From positions 129,392 to 193,391 of the forward strand of contig CAMYJU010000007.1 in NCBI GenBank assembly GCA_947258795.1: a DNA stretch of 64,000 nucleotides. Direction: 5' to 3'. This DNA comes from an uncultured Gammaproteobacteria bacterium (GTDB lineage: Bacteria; Pseudomonadota; Gammaproteobacteria; DRJJ01). Position numbers and translations under genes: made by a program. Shown piece by piece: positions 39,208 through 49,176 of the stretch (the stretch's first letter is position 1; each line of letters opens with the position of its first letter). The notes beneath the pieces were generated by a model that saw only the letters and a list, made by a program, of their open reading frames with translations, had not been told where the DNA came from and ran no database searches.

Positions 39208-40170
39208 ATGAAATTATCTGATGAAGCGCAAAAGATTCTGGAAACATCCATGCGTATCAACAAGACCAGCGATGCTGATCGCAAGGAGATCGAGGAACTG
39301 ATTCATCTCATGCCGAACGACAGGGTGCTGTTGTACAAGAATGTTGTATCGAACCCGATTGGCGATTTACCCAGGTACTCGGTGCATATCCGTATCCAGC
39401 ATATGCTCACCTTTGTTACCTTCCTGGCGCTGGCCTTTACCGGTTTGCCGGTTGCCTTCTATGACCATGTCTGGGCCGAGCCACTGAACACCATAGTCGG
39501 CGGGGTGGATGTGTCGCGTGTTATCCATCGTACCCTGGCTGTGGTCATGATCATGAGTATGATCTATCACATCTTTACCATTTCACTCGGACCACTGATG
39601 CAGGTGCTTAAAGGCCGGTTTGAAATAAGGCGTACGATTATTCCGTTAATGAAAGACCTGCGTGATTTCAAGAATGACATTCTGTATTTTGCCGGCCGGC
39701 ACGACCAGCGTCCTGAAATGGACAAGTTCATGTACAAGCAGAAGCTGCATTATTTTGCCGCTGCCTTCGGTAATATCGTGATGGTGGTGTCGGGTTCATC
39801 ATTCCTGTTTCCCGATATCTGGGCCAGTATCCTGCCGGCCAGTATGGCATCCAACTTTCAGGAGCTGATGCGTCTTTCTCATCCGCATGAAGCCCTGCTG
39901 GCATTGCTGGTTATCGCGTTCTGGCACTGGTACAACGTGCACCTGGCGCCAGGCCGGTTTCCGATGCAATGGACCTTCCTGACCGGCAAGATTACGCGTG
40001 AACACCAGATCGAGGAGCATTTTCTCGAATACCTGCGTAACCTGGTTGAATTGCCGGAAGAACGTTCCTATCTGCACGACATGCTGACGGCGCGTGAACT
40101 GCGCGAGGAAGGTCATGTGCATGAAATGCCCGAGGAGCCGCCGCTGGCCAGCGAGGAATCGTCATCATGA
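39208..40170 (+). CDS. Diheme cytochrome b (FdnI/Cbc-type quinone-interacting subunit), module 1
   Basis: QH...LAFTGLP, IHR, KF...QKLHY and H..EALLA....WHWY: four His in TM helices. Confidence 0.88.
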   Translation: MKLSDEAQKILETSMRINKTSDADRKEIEELIHLMPNDRVLLYKNVVSNPIGDLPRYSVHIRIQHMLTFVTFLALAFTGLPVAFYDHVWAEPLNTIVGGVDVSRVIHRTLAVVMIMSMIYHIFTISLGPLMQVLKGRFEIRRTIIPLMKDLRDFKNDILYFAGRHDQRPEMDKFMYKQKLHYFAAAFGNIVMVVSGSSFLFPDIWASILPASMASNFQELMRLSHPHEALLALLVIAFWHWYNVHLAPGRFPMQWTFLTGKITREHQIEEHFLEYLRNLVELPEERSYLHDMLTARELREEGHVHEMPEEPPLASEESSS

Positions 40171-40283
40171 TGAAGCCATTGAAACCATACCAGAAGGTCA
40201 TCGCCTATGCGTCACTGGCGTTCGTTCTGGCATGGACCGCATTTGGCATATTTACCATATGGGTAATACTGACTAACGTATAA
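40167..40283 (+). CDS. 38-aa single-TM protein
   Basis: MMKPLKPYQKVIAYASLAFVLAWTAFGIFTIWVILTNV; ATGA-coupled to the cytochrome b stop. Confidence 0.6.
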   Translation: MMKPLKPYQKVIAYASLAFVLAWTAFGIFTIWVILTNV

Positions 40284-40301
40284 CGTACAGAAGGTAGAAC
40301 A

Positions 40302-41369
40302 ATGCACGGAATTGAAAATGACAGCATGATCTTCATTATCCTGACAGTGCTGCTGTTCATGTTCCTGGGTATTGCCATCCTGGTCGTGATCGACCACAAG
40401 GCCAAGATCCCGGATCATTTTCACAGTGATCCGTTCTCGATCAAGGGCCTGCGCCGCGATCATCCGGGTATTTCATTCCTGACTACCATGATACTGTTTG
40501 CGATCATTGCCAGCCTGATCTTTGAGCTGACCATTACATTGGGGGAGCACTTTGGGATGTTTGCTGAAAAGGAACAACCCAAGTTGCTACAGGAACTCAA
40601 GGAGCAGCGCTTCAGCGAAAAGAACAGGCATTTTCATAACGAGCCTGAGGAAGATCTGGTAAACCTGGGCAAGAAACCGGTCTGTTTCTCCTGTCATGGC
40701 GATTATCCGCATTCCAAGGAGCGTATGATCAGGACCCTGCTTAACATGCACACCCAGTTTGTCGGTTGTATGACCTGCCATAATGACCCACGCAAGTTTG
40801 AAGAGGAGTCACTCAGTTTCGCCTGGCTGAATTACTCGGGGATAGAAGTAACCGGCAAGCCCTATGGTACCGGTATTGACCCGAAAACCGGCTATCTGCA
40901 GGAAACAGACGATTATTATTCCAAGATTGTTGCCTATAACAAGACCGGTAACGGAAATGTCTTGCTGGAAATCACCGAGGATGACGAGAAGGCACAGGAA
41001 TACCTGGAGATCAAGGACAAGCTGTCTGACAAGGATCGCGAGGCCGTGAAAAAGCAGTTTCACAGGACCGTCAGTCCCAAGGGGCGGTTCTGCTCGCGTT
41101 GTCACACCGCCGAGAATGATAGCTATCTGCCATTTCGTAAACTGGGATTCTCGGAAGACCGTATCTCGGATGTGACCAATCTGAATATTATCGGTATCGT
41201 GCAGAAATACAGAAAATTCTATTTGCCCAACCTGTTTCAGCAGGACATCTCTCTGCCCAAGGTGGAGTCCCTGATTGGCTCTGAAAAGTCCGACAAGGTC
41301 AAGGAGGCGGTGGAAGATCCGAAGGCATGGTGGCGGCGTACGTTTGATTCACCCAGCGGGAACGAATAA
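40302..41369 (+). CDS. Membrane-anchored triheme cytochrome c, module 1
   Basis: Two N-terminal TM helices; CFSCH, LNMH, CMTCH and CSRCH. Confidence 0.88.
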   Translation: MHGIENDSMIFIILTVLLFMFLGIAILVVIDHKAKIPDHFHSDPFSIKGLRRDHPGISFLTTMILFAIIASLIFELTITLGEHFGMFAEKEQPKLLQELKEQRFSEKNRHFHNEPEEDLVNLGKKPVCFSCHGDYPHSKERMIRTLLNMHTQFVGCMTCHNDPRKFEEESLSFAWLNYSGIEVTGKPYGTGIDPKTGYLQETDDYYSKIVAYNKTGNGNVLLEITEDDEKAQEYLEIKDKLSDKDREAVKKQFHRTVSPKGRFCSRCHTAENDSYLPFRKLGFSEDRISDVTNLNIIGIVQKYRKFYLPNLFQQDISLPKVESLIGSEKSDKVKEAVEDPKAWWRRTFDSPSGNE

Positions 41370-42301
41370 TGTGCTTGCGACTGCGCACCCTGTGTTCAGC
41401 ATCGCTGATTGTGCTGTCCTGTCTTTATGTGCCGCTAGTCGAGGCAGCGGCACAGGCCAGCCGGACAATCACGTATCTGCATGAAATAACCCGTAGCCAG
41501 GTGGGTGAGCTGGAACTGCCTACAGATGTCGCGGTGCATGAATCACGTCTTTACATAGTCGATAGCGGTAATAATCGCGTGGTCGTGCTGGGCCGTAATG
41601 GTGAAACGCAGTTCGCTTTTGGCAGTAAGGGAACGGCGAACGGTGAATTCAATGGTCCTGTCGGCATAGGTGTCGGTCATGATGGCAGGATATACGTCGC
41701 AGACACCGGAAATCATCGTATCCAGATATTTTCGGCAACGGGTAAGTTTCAGACTGCTATTGCCACTACCACCGGCGAGGTAAGGGTGCGGCCTATCGAT
41801 GTCGCGGTCGAACCAAAATCCGGACATATTTTTATTACCGGCAATAATAATCACCGGGTTATGGTGTATAACCATAGCGGACGCCTGTTGCGCGAATGGG
41901 GCGGGAATGGGGCTGCAATCGGAAAGTTTCGTTACCCGGCCACCATTACTGTGATGCCCGATGCCAATATAGGTGTTATTGATGTATTTAATACACGTGC
42001 ACAACTGTTTCAGCCTGATGGTCGTTTTGTTGTCAAAATAGGTGAATGGGGGGTCCTGCCCGGTCAGCTCTTTCGTCCCAAAGGGATTGCGATAGACCGG
42101 AAAGGTCATATCTATATATCGGACAGCTACCTGAACGTGATACAGGTATTCAATGACAGTGGCAAATTTCTGCATGTACTCACACAGAAGGATACTGCCC
42201 ACACCATGATGACACCTACAGGGATAGCGGTCGCGGCAGACAATCGCCTGTATGTAGCAGAGATGCTCAGGCACCGGGTTGCCGTTTACCAGATGGATTG
42301 A
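41369..42301 (+). CDS. NHL-repeat beta-propeller protein
   Basis: Repeated GxFxxPxGI...YVADTGNHRIQIF units; signal peptide. Confidence 0.92.
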   Translation: MCLRLRTLCSASLIVLSCLYVPLVEAAAQASRTITYLHEITRSQVGELELPTDVAVHESRLYIVDSGNNRVVVLGRNGETQFAFGSKGTANGEFNGPVGIGVGHDGRIYVADTGNHRIQIFSATGKFQTAIATTTGEVRVRPIDVAVEPKSGHIFITGNNNHRVMVYNHSGRLLREWGGNGAAIGKFRYPATITVMPDANIGVIDVFNTRAQLFQPDGRFVVKIGEWGVLPGQLFRPKGIAIDRKGHIYISDSYLNVIQVFNDSGKFLHVLTQKDTAHTMMTPTGIAVAADNRLYVAEMLRHRVAVYQMD

Positions 42302-42307
42302 TGGTCC

Positions 42308-44665
42308 ATGTCAGCACGCAGTCAGACACATAACTGGAAAAAGGAACTGTTTATTGGCTTTATCCTTTTTGCAGGCTTATGCAGCTGGCTGTTTCCGGAG
42401 GACGCCTCGGCCTTACGGCGCAAGACCTCAACCAATCGTGAGTGTGCAATTTGCCATATCATGTGGCTGGAAGAGTTCAAGCGCCAGGATGTCAAACCTC
42501 TGGTCCCCTATGATCCGCTACCCAGGGAAAAAACCGGTAAGCAGGATGTGGCCAGTACCGAACAGATGTGTTTTTCATGTCATGACGGATTTGTACTGGA
42601 CTCGCGATTCAAGTGGAAAAAAAACCGCTATAACCACCCGGTCGGGGTAAAACCCTCGGATGATGTGACCATACCGACCGCCGAAGGCAAGACTGTCTTC
42701 CCTATGAATGAAGATGGCAAGATATATTGCGGTACCTGTCATTCCGCGCATGGTATTGACTGGAAGGAAAAGGATACGACACTGTTTCTGCGCATCGATA
42801 ACAGAAACTCCAACATGTGTACGGCATGTCACCTGAACCGCGTTACGGGTCCCAAGGAGGGCAATCACCCGGTCAACAAGAAACTGAAAAAATTGCCGGC
42901 CGCGCTGGTCAAGGCGGGTTCACTGTTCAGTAACAAGAATGAGGTTATCTGCCAGTCCTGTCACCTTGCGCACGGCTCAGAACAGAAGAAAATGCTGGCC
43001 AGGCCGAACCATAATTCCGATCTGTGTTCCAGTTGCCACGTTCAGCAGGCACGTGTCAGGCAAACCAAGCATAATCTGACCATCCTGGCGCCATCGGCCA
43101 AAAACGAGAGAGGGGATGTCGCCAGCGAGTCTGGTCCCTGTAGCGCCTGCCATGTCCCGCACAAGGCCAACGCACCGAAACTGTGGGCGCGTCCGGTCTC
43201 AGTCAATCAGGACAGGGGTAGTGCCTATTGCCTGAGCTGTCACAAGGAAAAGGGTGTCGCACGCAAGAAATCGATCAACAAACACAGTCACCCGGTCGAT
43301 GTGCCACTCAGAAGGGCCGGGATTATTGCCAAAAGAGACGGCTGGATCAGCCAGGTAAAAAACAGGGCTGCACCCAAAAAGATAGTCAAACTGCCGCTGT
43401 TTGATAAAGCGGGTGGAAGGGTCAGTGTGGGAGGTAATGTTACCTGTATGACCTGTCATGATCCCCATCTATGGTCGCCTGATCATGGCCAAACGCCTGC
43501 CCGCGATTTGCGCAAGCTGGAAGGTGATGGTTCGAACAGTTTCTTGCGCATTGCCAATAACAGTGACAGCACCTTGTGCAAGAATTGTCATCGGGAGCAG
43601 GCGGCAGTGGCCTGGTCCAAGCATAACCTGCAGATCAGTGCGCCGGATCAGAAGAACAAAGACGGTATGACGGTTTCAGAAAGTGGAGTCTGCAGTGCCT
43701 GCCATGTGCCACATAACGGCAAGGGCGAGAATATGTGGGCACGCAAGATTGGTAAAAAGGGCAAGGGTGTGATGACGCTTTGTATTGGATGCCATGCCAA
43801 GGATAGCATGGCCGAAAACAGAACGACCGGCAAGCATAGTCACCCGGTGCATGTCAGCCTGAAAAAGTCCGGATTGACGACTGACCTGCCGTTGTTTACG
43901 AAGCATGCCCGGCGTGACGACAAGTATGGCAGGGTGGACTGTGCAAGCTGTCATAATCCTCATCAGTGGGACCCTGGCAATGCGATCGCCAGTTCGGGCA
44001 GGGATCCGGATACGGATGGTGACGCCAGCAACAGTTTCCTGCGTATCAGGGCCAGCGGCAAGGCCAGGCTGTGTGTCAATTGTCATAAGGACCAGGCAGG
44101 ACTGATCGGTACTGATCATGACTTGTCAGTGACTGCGCGCAACGGCCTGAATGCCAGGGAACAAACTGTCAGGCAGTCCGGGCCTTGCGGGCAGTGTCAT
44201 GCTGTACATCATGCAGAATTGTCACGACGACTGTGGGTGCAAAAGGCTGGTAGCAGCGGGAATAGAACGGAGAAATTATGTACTGGCTGTCATAGCAGAC
44301 AGGGCGTCGGACGTAAAAAGGTGCCGGCGGAACTCGATCATCCGCCTCGCGTCTTGTCTGTCAACAAGGGTCGCTTGAGAGAGGGCGACAGGAACAGGCA
44401 GCAGGTGCCGGTATTTACCGAGCAAGGCAAGTCAGATGATGTGGGCATGATTTCCTGCCTGACCTGCCATGATCCGCATCAATGGAACGCAAGCAGCCAG
44501 AAGGCAGGTACCGGCAAGAATCTCGAAGGCGACGTGCGCAATAGTTTCCTCCGCCATACCGGTACCGAGTACTTTCTGTGTGCAGATTGTCATGGCGAGG
44601 ACTCATTGTATCGCTACAAGTATTTCCACTGGTCCAAATCCAGGTCGGATAAGAACAAGAAATGA
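42308..44665 (+). CDS. 18-heme cytochrome c with three tandem tetraheme repeats
   Basis: 18 CxxCH counted; repeats start near 43064, 43616 and 44111; signal peptide. Confidence 0.92.
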   Translation: MSARSQTHNWKKELFIGFILFAGLCSWLFPEDASALRRKTSTNRECAICHIMWLEEFKRQDVKPLVPYDPLPREKTGKQDVASTEQMCFSCHDGFVLDSRFKWKKNRYNHPVGVKPSDDVTIPTAEGKTVFPMNEDGKIYCGTCHSAHGIDWKEKDTTLFLRIDNRNSNMCTACHLNRVTGPKEGNHPVNKKLKKLPAALVKAGSLFSNKNEVICQSCHLAHGSEQKKMLARPNHNSDLCSSCHVQQARVRQTKHNLTILAPSAKNERGDVASESGPCSACHVPHKANAPKLWARPVSVNQDRGSAYCLSCHKEKGVARKKSINKHSHPVDVPLRRAGIIAKRDGWISQVKNRAAPKKIVKLPLFDKAGGRVSVGGNVTCMTCHDPHLWSPDHGQTPARDLRKLEGDGSNSFLRIANNSDSTLCKNCHREQAAVAWSKHNLQISAPDQKNKDGMTVSESGVCSACHVPHNGKGENMWARKIGKKGKGVMTLCIGCHAKDSMAENRTTGKHSHPVHVSLKKSGLTTDLPLFTKHARRDDKYGRVDCASCHNPHQWDPGNAIASSGRDPDTDGDASNSFLRIRASGKARLCVNCHKDQAGLIGTDHDLSVTARNGLNAREQTVRQSGPCGQCHAVHHAELSRRLWVQKAGSSGNRTEKLCTGCHSRQGVGRKKVPAELDHPPRVLSVNKGRLREGDRNRQQVPVFTEQGKSDDVGMISCLTCHDPHQWNASSQKAGTGKNLEGDVRNSFLRHTGTEYFLCADCHGEDSLYRYKYFHWSKSRSDKNKK

Positions 44666-44707
44666 TGTCGCACATCCTGAATACACGGGTAGCAGCGGGC
44701 TGGTGGT

Positions 44708-44908
44708 ATGGAGGACGTTAATCGGGTTGCCTGGGGTGTGGTTTTTATGCTCGGAGCTGCGGTATTTGCGTGGCTGGAGTGGCGTGATGATGACTGGTCG
44801 GCCATGGGCTGGTTTATTCTGACCAGTTTGTGGTCGGCTGTATGTGGTATCGGTTATACTGTCGCGCATTGGTTTCTGGAAAGAAAAGACCGGCCTAAGA
44901 CTGATTGA
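44708..44908 (+). CDS. Small two-TM hypothetical protein
   Basis: 66 aa with two hydrophobic segments. Confidence 0.55.
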   Translation: MEDVNRVAWGVVFMLGAAVFAWLEWRDDDWSAMGWFILTSLWSAVCGIGYTVAHWFLERKDRPKTD

Positions 44909-45057
44909 ATCTGTACAGATGAAGATAGTTATTCAGTGTTGAAAAGGAAGCGGGTTGTTCTATATTTAAAACAGATTTAAATGGAATTAGTGTTCAGGGA
45001 ATACAATCAGTTTGCTGCCAGATAAGAGATCACAAGCAACTCCAGAGGAGAGTTGGG

Positions 45058-45165
45058 ATGAGCAAACAAGACAATCAACTAAAAAAATCCTGTGTGTGGT
45101 GTATCAGTGCTGCGATAGCACTGATTCCGATAGCGATAATCGTCTGGTATTTGTTTTTTCGCTAA
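45058..45165 (+). CDS. 35-aa single-TM protein with CxxC
   Basis: MSKQDNQLKKSCVWCISAAIALIPIAIIVWYLFFR; GAGGAG RBS. Confidence 0.5.
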   Translation: MSKQDNQLKKSCVWCISAAIALIPIAIIVWYLFFR

Positions 45166-45218
45166 CAGACCGGTGTAAACGTAAACGAACGTTACGGGTG
45201 TTTATGGATCGATCTGGC

Positions 45219-45232
45219 TTGATCTGAATCAA
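45219..45232. promoter_or_regulatory. FNR box (perfect)
   Basis: TTGAT-CTGA-ATCAA upstream of module 2. Confidence 0.82.
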
Positions 45233-45463
45233 GAATATGATCGTATTGATCCTATATAATCTTTTTATAGTCTAGTTAAGTATATAATCAGATACTGAGT
45301 AGATTGTAACAATAATAAGGGATCATGGAATTGTTGGTTGCGTTGAAACAAGCCCCTGTTAACAGTGATGCCCATCCAGCGGCATCATGGGCTCGTTTTA
45401 CGTCCTGTTACCCTTTCAGCTTCCCGTACGATTATTCATCTTGCCTGCGAGGGCTCGTGTGCC

Positions 45464-46561
45464 ATGCATGAATACAGATTCCACCAGGTGCTCCTGATAT
45501 TAATCGTGTTATTTGTTGCTACTATACCGCCCGGGGAAGTCCAGGCAGGTGAGGAGCTCAATTGCCTGATCTGTCACAAGCACAGGGGGTTGAGCCGGAT
45601 TGATGAAAACGGCAAGTTCAGACTGTTTTATATCAATAACGAATTGTTCGAGTCCGGTCCGCACCGTCGTAACAATTGCCAGGACTGTCACACAGATATT
45701 GTTCGCATCCCGCATGACCCGGCAAAAAAAGTGGATTGCACCCAGCAATGCCATGTTGTCGAGCCTTCCGGCAAGGCAAGGTTTTCACACAAGCCAATAG
45801 CCGAAACGCTTGCAATGAGTGTACATGGCAAGCTTGATGCAGAGGGCAAGCCAAAAAAATACCAGGAGGACTATCCCGGTTGCAAAGACTGTCATGATCA
45901 ACCATTGTATCGTCCGCTATCGGTTTTCAAGGGGGAGCCCAGGTCCGGTATTTCCGAACGGAGTATCAGCCGCTGCAAAAGCTGTCACCGTACCGGTAAC
46001 TTTGCCGAGGATTTCTATGAGCATGTTACCTCACGTCTGCGCAAGGGCCGTTTCCCGCTGGAAACCATAGAGGTGTGTGCCAAGTGTCACCAGAACCCGG
46101 GCTTCCTGGAGCGACATGAGCTCGATGATGCGGTAACGACCTACGAGGAGACCTTCCACGGTAAACTGATCAAACTGGGTTCTGAGCGCACACCGGACTG
46201 CCTGGACTGTCATGTGGTCGAAGGTGAAAATACGCATCTGATCGAGGCGAAAACAGTGCCCACATCAGCCACCAACAAGGCCAATGTTGGCAATACCTGC
46301 AGGGCCTCTGATTGTCACAAGAAGGCCAGTGCACAATTGGCCAGTTTCCAGACTCATGTGACCTATGAACGGGAAAAATACCCGATGCAGTTCTACATGC
46401 TGATGTTCTTCAAGGCATTGATGGCGGTTATCCTGTATTTCTTCCTGACCATGATCTTCTTCGAGCTAATGCGGCGTCTGTTCCCGGCATTTGCATTCTT
46501 TAAAGAGAGCAAGGCTGATGACACGGATACCAGGCCGGCATTAAAAGATAGGGAACAATAG
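45464..46561 (+). CDS. Membrane-anchored multiheme cytochrome c (6 CxxCH + CX3CH + CX4CH), Cbc-type module 2
   Basis: Paralog of 38030-39151 (GL/MxRI..G..R..Y, FSHKPI, SVHG, FHGK, CLDCH); C-terminal TM. Confidence 0.9.
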   Translation: MHEYRFHQVLLILIVLFVATIPPGEVQAGEELNCLICHKHRGLSRIDENGKFRLFYINNELFESGPHRRNNCQDCHTDIVRIPHDPAKKVDCTQQCHVVEPSGKARFSHKPIAETLAMSVHGKLDAEGKPKKYQEDYPGCKDCHDQPLYRPLSVFKGEPRSGISERSISRCKSCHRTGNFAEDFYEHVTSRLRKGRFPLETIEVCAKCHQNPGFLERHELDDAVTTYEETFHGKLIKLGSERTPDCLDCHVVEGENTHLIEAKTVPTSATNKANVGNTCRASDCHKKASAQLASFQTHVTYEREKYPMQFYMLMFFKALMAVILYFFLTMIFFELMRRLFPAFAFFKESKADDTDTRPALKDREQ

Positions 46562-46574
46562 CGAGGGTAGGAGC

Positions 46575-47390
46575 ATGTCAAAATATGATCCGATTGTATA
46601 TAAAGACGGCAAGCGCTATTTCTACCGATTTTCGGCCCATCAACGTATTCAGCACGTGGTCCTGTTCAGCTCTGTGCTGTTGCTGGCATTGACAGGCTTT
46701 CCATTGCGTCATGCTGATGAGGCCTGGGCAAAACCGCTGTATGCCGCCCTGGGTGGACCCGAGGTTGCACCAACGATACACAGGGTTGCAGGTTCGGTAC
46801 TGCTGGTACTGTTTGTCTACCATACGATTTACTGGATAGTGAAATTTATCAAGAATGACCTGGGCAAGTTGAAAAAGGAAAACCGCCTGACCCTGGGTAC
46901 TGGTATCAAGGCCTTTTTTACCCAGGAAATGGTGCCCAACAAGAAGGACTGGTACGACATTATCCATCTATGGAAATACCTGCTGTATTTCACCAATCGC
47001 CCGCCCCGGCATGAACGCATGTCATGGCGTGAAAAATTCGATTATTTTGCTCCGTACTGGGGTGTACCGATCCTGGGGCCTGCCGGGGCGGTCCTGTGGT
47101 GGCGGGATGAGGTCTCGCATATACTGCCGGGCTGGGTATTGAACGCGGCGTATATCATGCATACGGACGAGGCCTTGCTGGCGATTCTGTTCCTGTTCTT
47201 TGTGCACTGGTATAACGTGCACTATGCGCCGGAGAAATTCCCGGCAGCCAAGGTCTGGCTAACGGGTTATTTGTCAGAAGATGAAATGATCCATGAGCAC
47301 TATGCCCACTATGTACAGGTCATGATCGAGGCCGGGTTGGAGGAAGAGATCCAGCAGCAACACTTCGGTGGGGAGCATTACGAATGGTAA
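46575..47390 (+). CDS. Diheme cytochrome b, module 2
   Basis: RIQH...LALTGFP, IHR, EKFDY and HTDEALLA....HWY. Confidence 0.88.
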   Translation: MSKYDPIVYKDGKRYFYRFSAHQRIQHVVLFSSVLLLALTGFPLRHADEAWAKPLYAALGGPEVAPTIHRVAGSVLLVLFVYHTIYWIVKFIKNDLGKLKKENRLTLGTGIKAFFTQEMVPNKKDWYDIIHLWKYLLYFTNRPPRHERMSWREKFDYFAPYWGVPILGPAGAVLWWRDEVSHILPGWVLNAAYIMHTDEALLAILFLFFVHWYNVHYAPEKFPAAKVWLTGYLSEDEMIHEHYAHYVQVMIEAGLEEEIQQQHFGGEHYEW

Positions 47391-48277
47391 AGCTGCTTAA
47401 AAAGATTATTTTCAAGCTCTATGTGCTGTGCCTGATGGCCTTTACTGTCTGGTACGGTTATTTCATGTATCCGCTGATATTCGGTTTTGAGGGCAAGGAA
47501 AAGGCGGCTGAATCATTGTTGGAAATGGGTGCGGCCGGCACAGAAGAGGAAAAGATGTTTGTCCGGCTGATTGCCGAACAGACCAAGACCAAAAAGACTG
47601 ACCTGGGTTACAGGGTGATCGACCAACCCTACATAGAGGGTCGCTTCCATCATATCGGCTTTACCATACAGCAGGACAATGCCAGTATCTGTGTACGCTG
47701 TCATGGCAATGTGCCGCATGATGAATCCAAGGAGGTGCGTAGCTTCCTGAACATGCATGCCTTTTATCTGGCTTGCGAGACCTGCCATTCCAGACCGGAT
47801 GAAGGGGTAAAGGAGTGGGCATTCCGCTGGTATGACAAGGATACCGGCACGATTACCAATAATCCGCAGGCACTGAAAGATATCGAGAAACTGTATCATA
47901 CCGAGCAGGAGATCAGTCAGTATCCAATCTATGGCAATTACGGTGCTAAAGTGGCGCCGACCCTGAATGACTTTGGTGAGACCCGATTGCTGCATGGTGT
48001 AAAGGAAATGATCTTTGTTGACCGCTTTGTTACCGAGCAGGCCCGCTTGCAGCCCGAGCAGAAATCGCAGATGAAAAAGGTCATTCATCGCAAGGTTACC
48101 AAGGATCCGGTGCCATGCAAGGACTGTCATCAGGAAGTGGGCCCGTATCTTCCGTTTGCAGAGCTGGGCTACCCACCATCACGTGTGCGTGAGTTGACCA
48201 ATGTCGCGGTCGTGAATATGATTCAGCGGTACAAGGAGTTTTATATTCCGAGTTTGCTTAAACCCGGTGGTGGTTAG
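47384..48277 (+). CDS. Membrane-anchored triheme cytochrome c, module 2
   Basis: N-terminal TM; CVRCH, LNMH, CETCH, CKDCH; YLPF..LG shared with 40302-41369. Confidence 0.88.
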   Translation: MVKLLKKIIFKLYVLCLMAFTVWYGYFMYPLIFGFEGKEKAAESLLEMGAAGTEEEKMFVRLIAEQTKTKKTDLGYRVIDQPYIEGRFHHIGFTIQQDNASICVRCHGNVPHDESKEVRSFLNMHAFYLACETCHSRPDEGVKEWAFRWYDKDTGTITNNPQALKDIEKLYHTEQEISQYPIYGNYGAKVAPTLNDFGETRLLHGVKEMIFVDRFVTEQARLQPEQKSQMKKVIHRKVTKDPVPCKDCHQEVGPYLPFAELGYPPSRVRELTNVAVVNMIQRYKEFYIPSLLKPGGG

Positions 48278-48349
48278 CAAGACTTGCAGCAGCCCTGTGT
48301 AAGGAGCTGAGGGTCCGTCCATTGTGGCCGGGTGGGTTTAATACAGGTG

Positions 48350-49090
48350 ATGACAATGAGCAGGATATGTATGCTTGTGTTGTTATTGTTGCCCCGTCTG
48401 CTCTGGGCAGAATGGCTGCTGGAACAGTCCGGTGATGGCCACTGGATCAGCAGCAGGGCGGCGGATTTTCCCCATCAACTGGTGGTTGCCAGTCATCAGA
48501 ATGATGTCCAGTTCCTGCTGATTCTGGCGACCGATCAGCGTACACCGGCCTCGCAGCTGCCAGCTGAAATCCGGGTAGATATGGATCCGTGGTTAAGTAC
48601 ACAACTGACTCCGCTGCAACAACGTCCGTATGGTATGGCGTTTCGTATCGAATTGCGCCCTGAAGCCAGACAAAAAATGGTTCAGCGCATGATCGAGGGA
48701 CTGCAAATGCAACTCAGTCTGGGTAGTGAAAAGCAGCCAAAACAAACCCTGACGTTTTCTATTATCGGTTTTACCGATGCCTATACCGACCTGCAGATTT
48801 CGAACGAGCTTGGCCGGCTGGACCCGGACTGGCTGATCGAACAGGGCAAGGACAGGGGACTGGCCTGTTACTATAGTGCCATCCTGACCGTACAGGCCCT
48901 GAACGGGCGCAGAAGGGGTCTTTCTGCTCGTCAGATGGTCGAACAACTACCGCGAACCGGCCTTGCCAGCGTGGACGACAGGCGTGCTGACATCGTTTCC
49001 GGGGCTTATCGGATGCCCCCGGCAAGGCTTCCCCGACACCTGACCACCTTGAAGTATAAACTGTTTAAAAGTTGTATGCGGGATCAGTAA
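48350..49090 (+). CDS. Secreted hypothetical protein, paralog of 36004-36741
   Basis: Signal peptide; conserved blocks shared with the paralog. Confidence 0.78.
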   Translation: MTMSRICMLVLLLLPRLLWAEWLLEQSGDGHWISSRAADFPHQLVVASHQNDVQFLLILATDQRTPASQLPAEIRVDMDPWLSTQLTPLQQRPYGMAFRIELRPEARQKMVQRMIEGLQMQLSLGSEKQPKQTLTFSIIGFTDAYTDLQISNELGRLDPDWLIEQGKDRGLACYYSAILTVQALNGRRRGLSARQMVEQLPRTGLASVDDRRADIVSGAYRMPPARLPRHLTTLKYKLFKSCMRDQ

Positions 49091-49176
49091 ATAGCGACGC
49101 GATATCGATCATCATTGGCAAGTGGACGCGTGAGTTGGGAGATGTTTTTCCCATGGTAACGGGCTGCAGGATCGGC

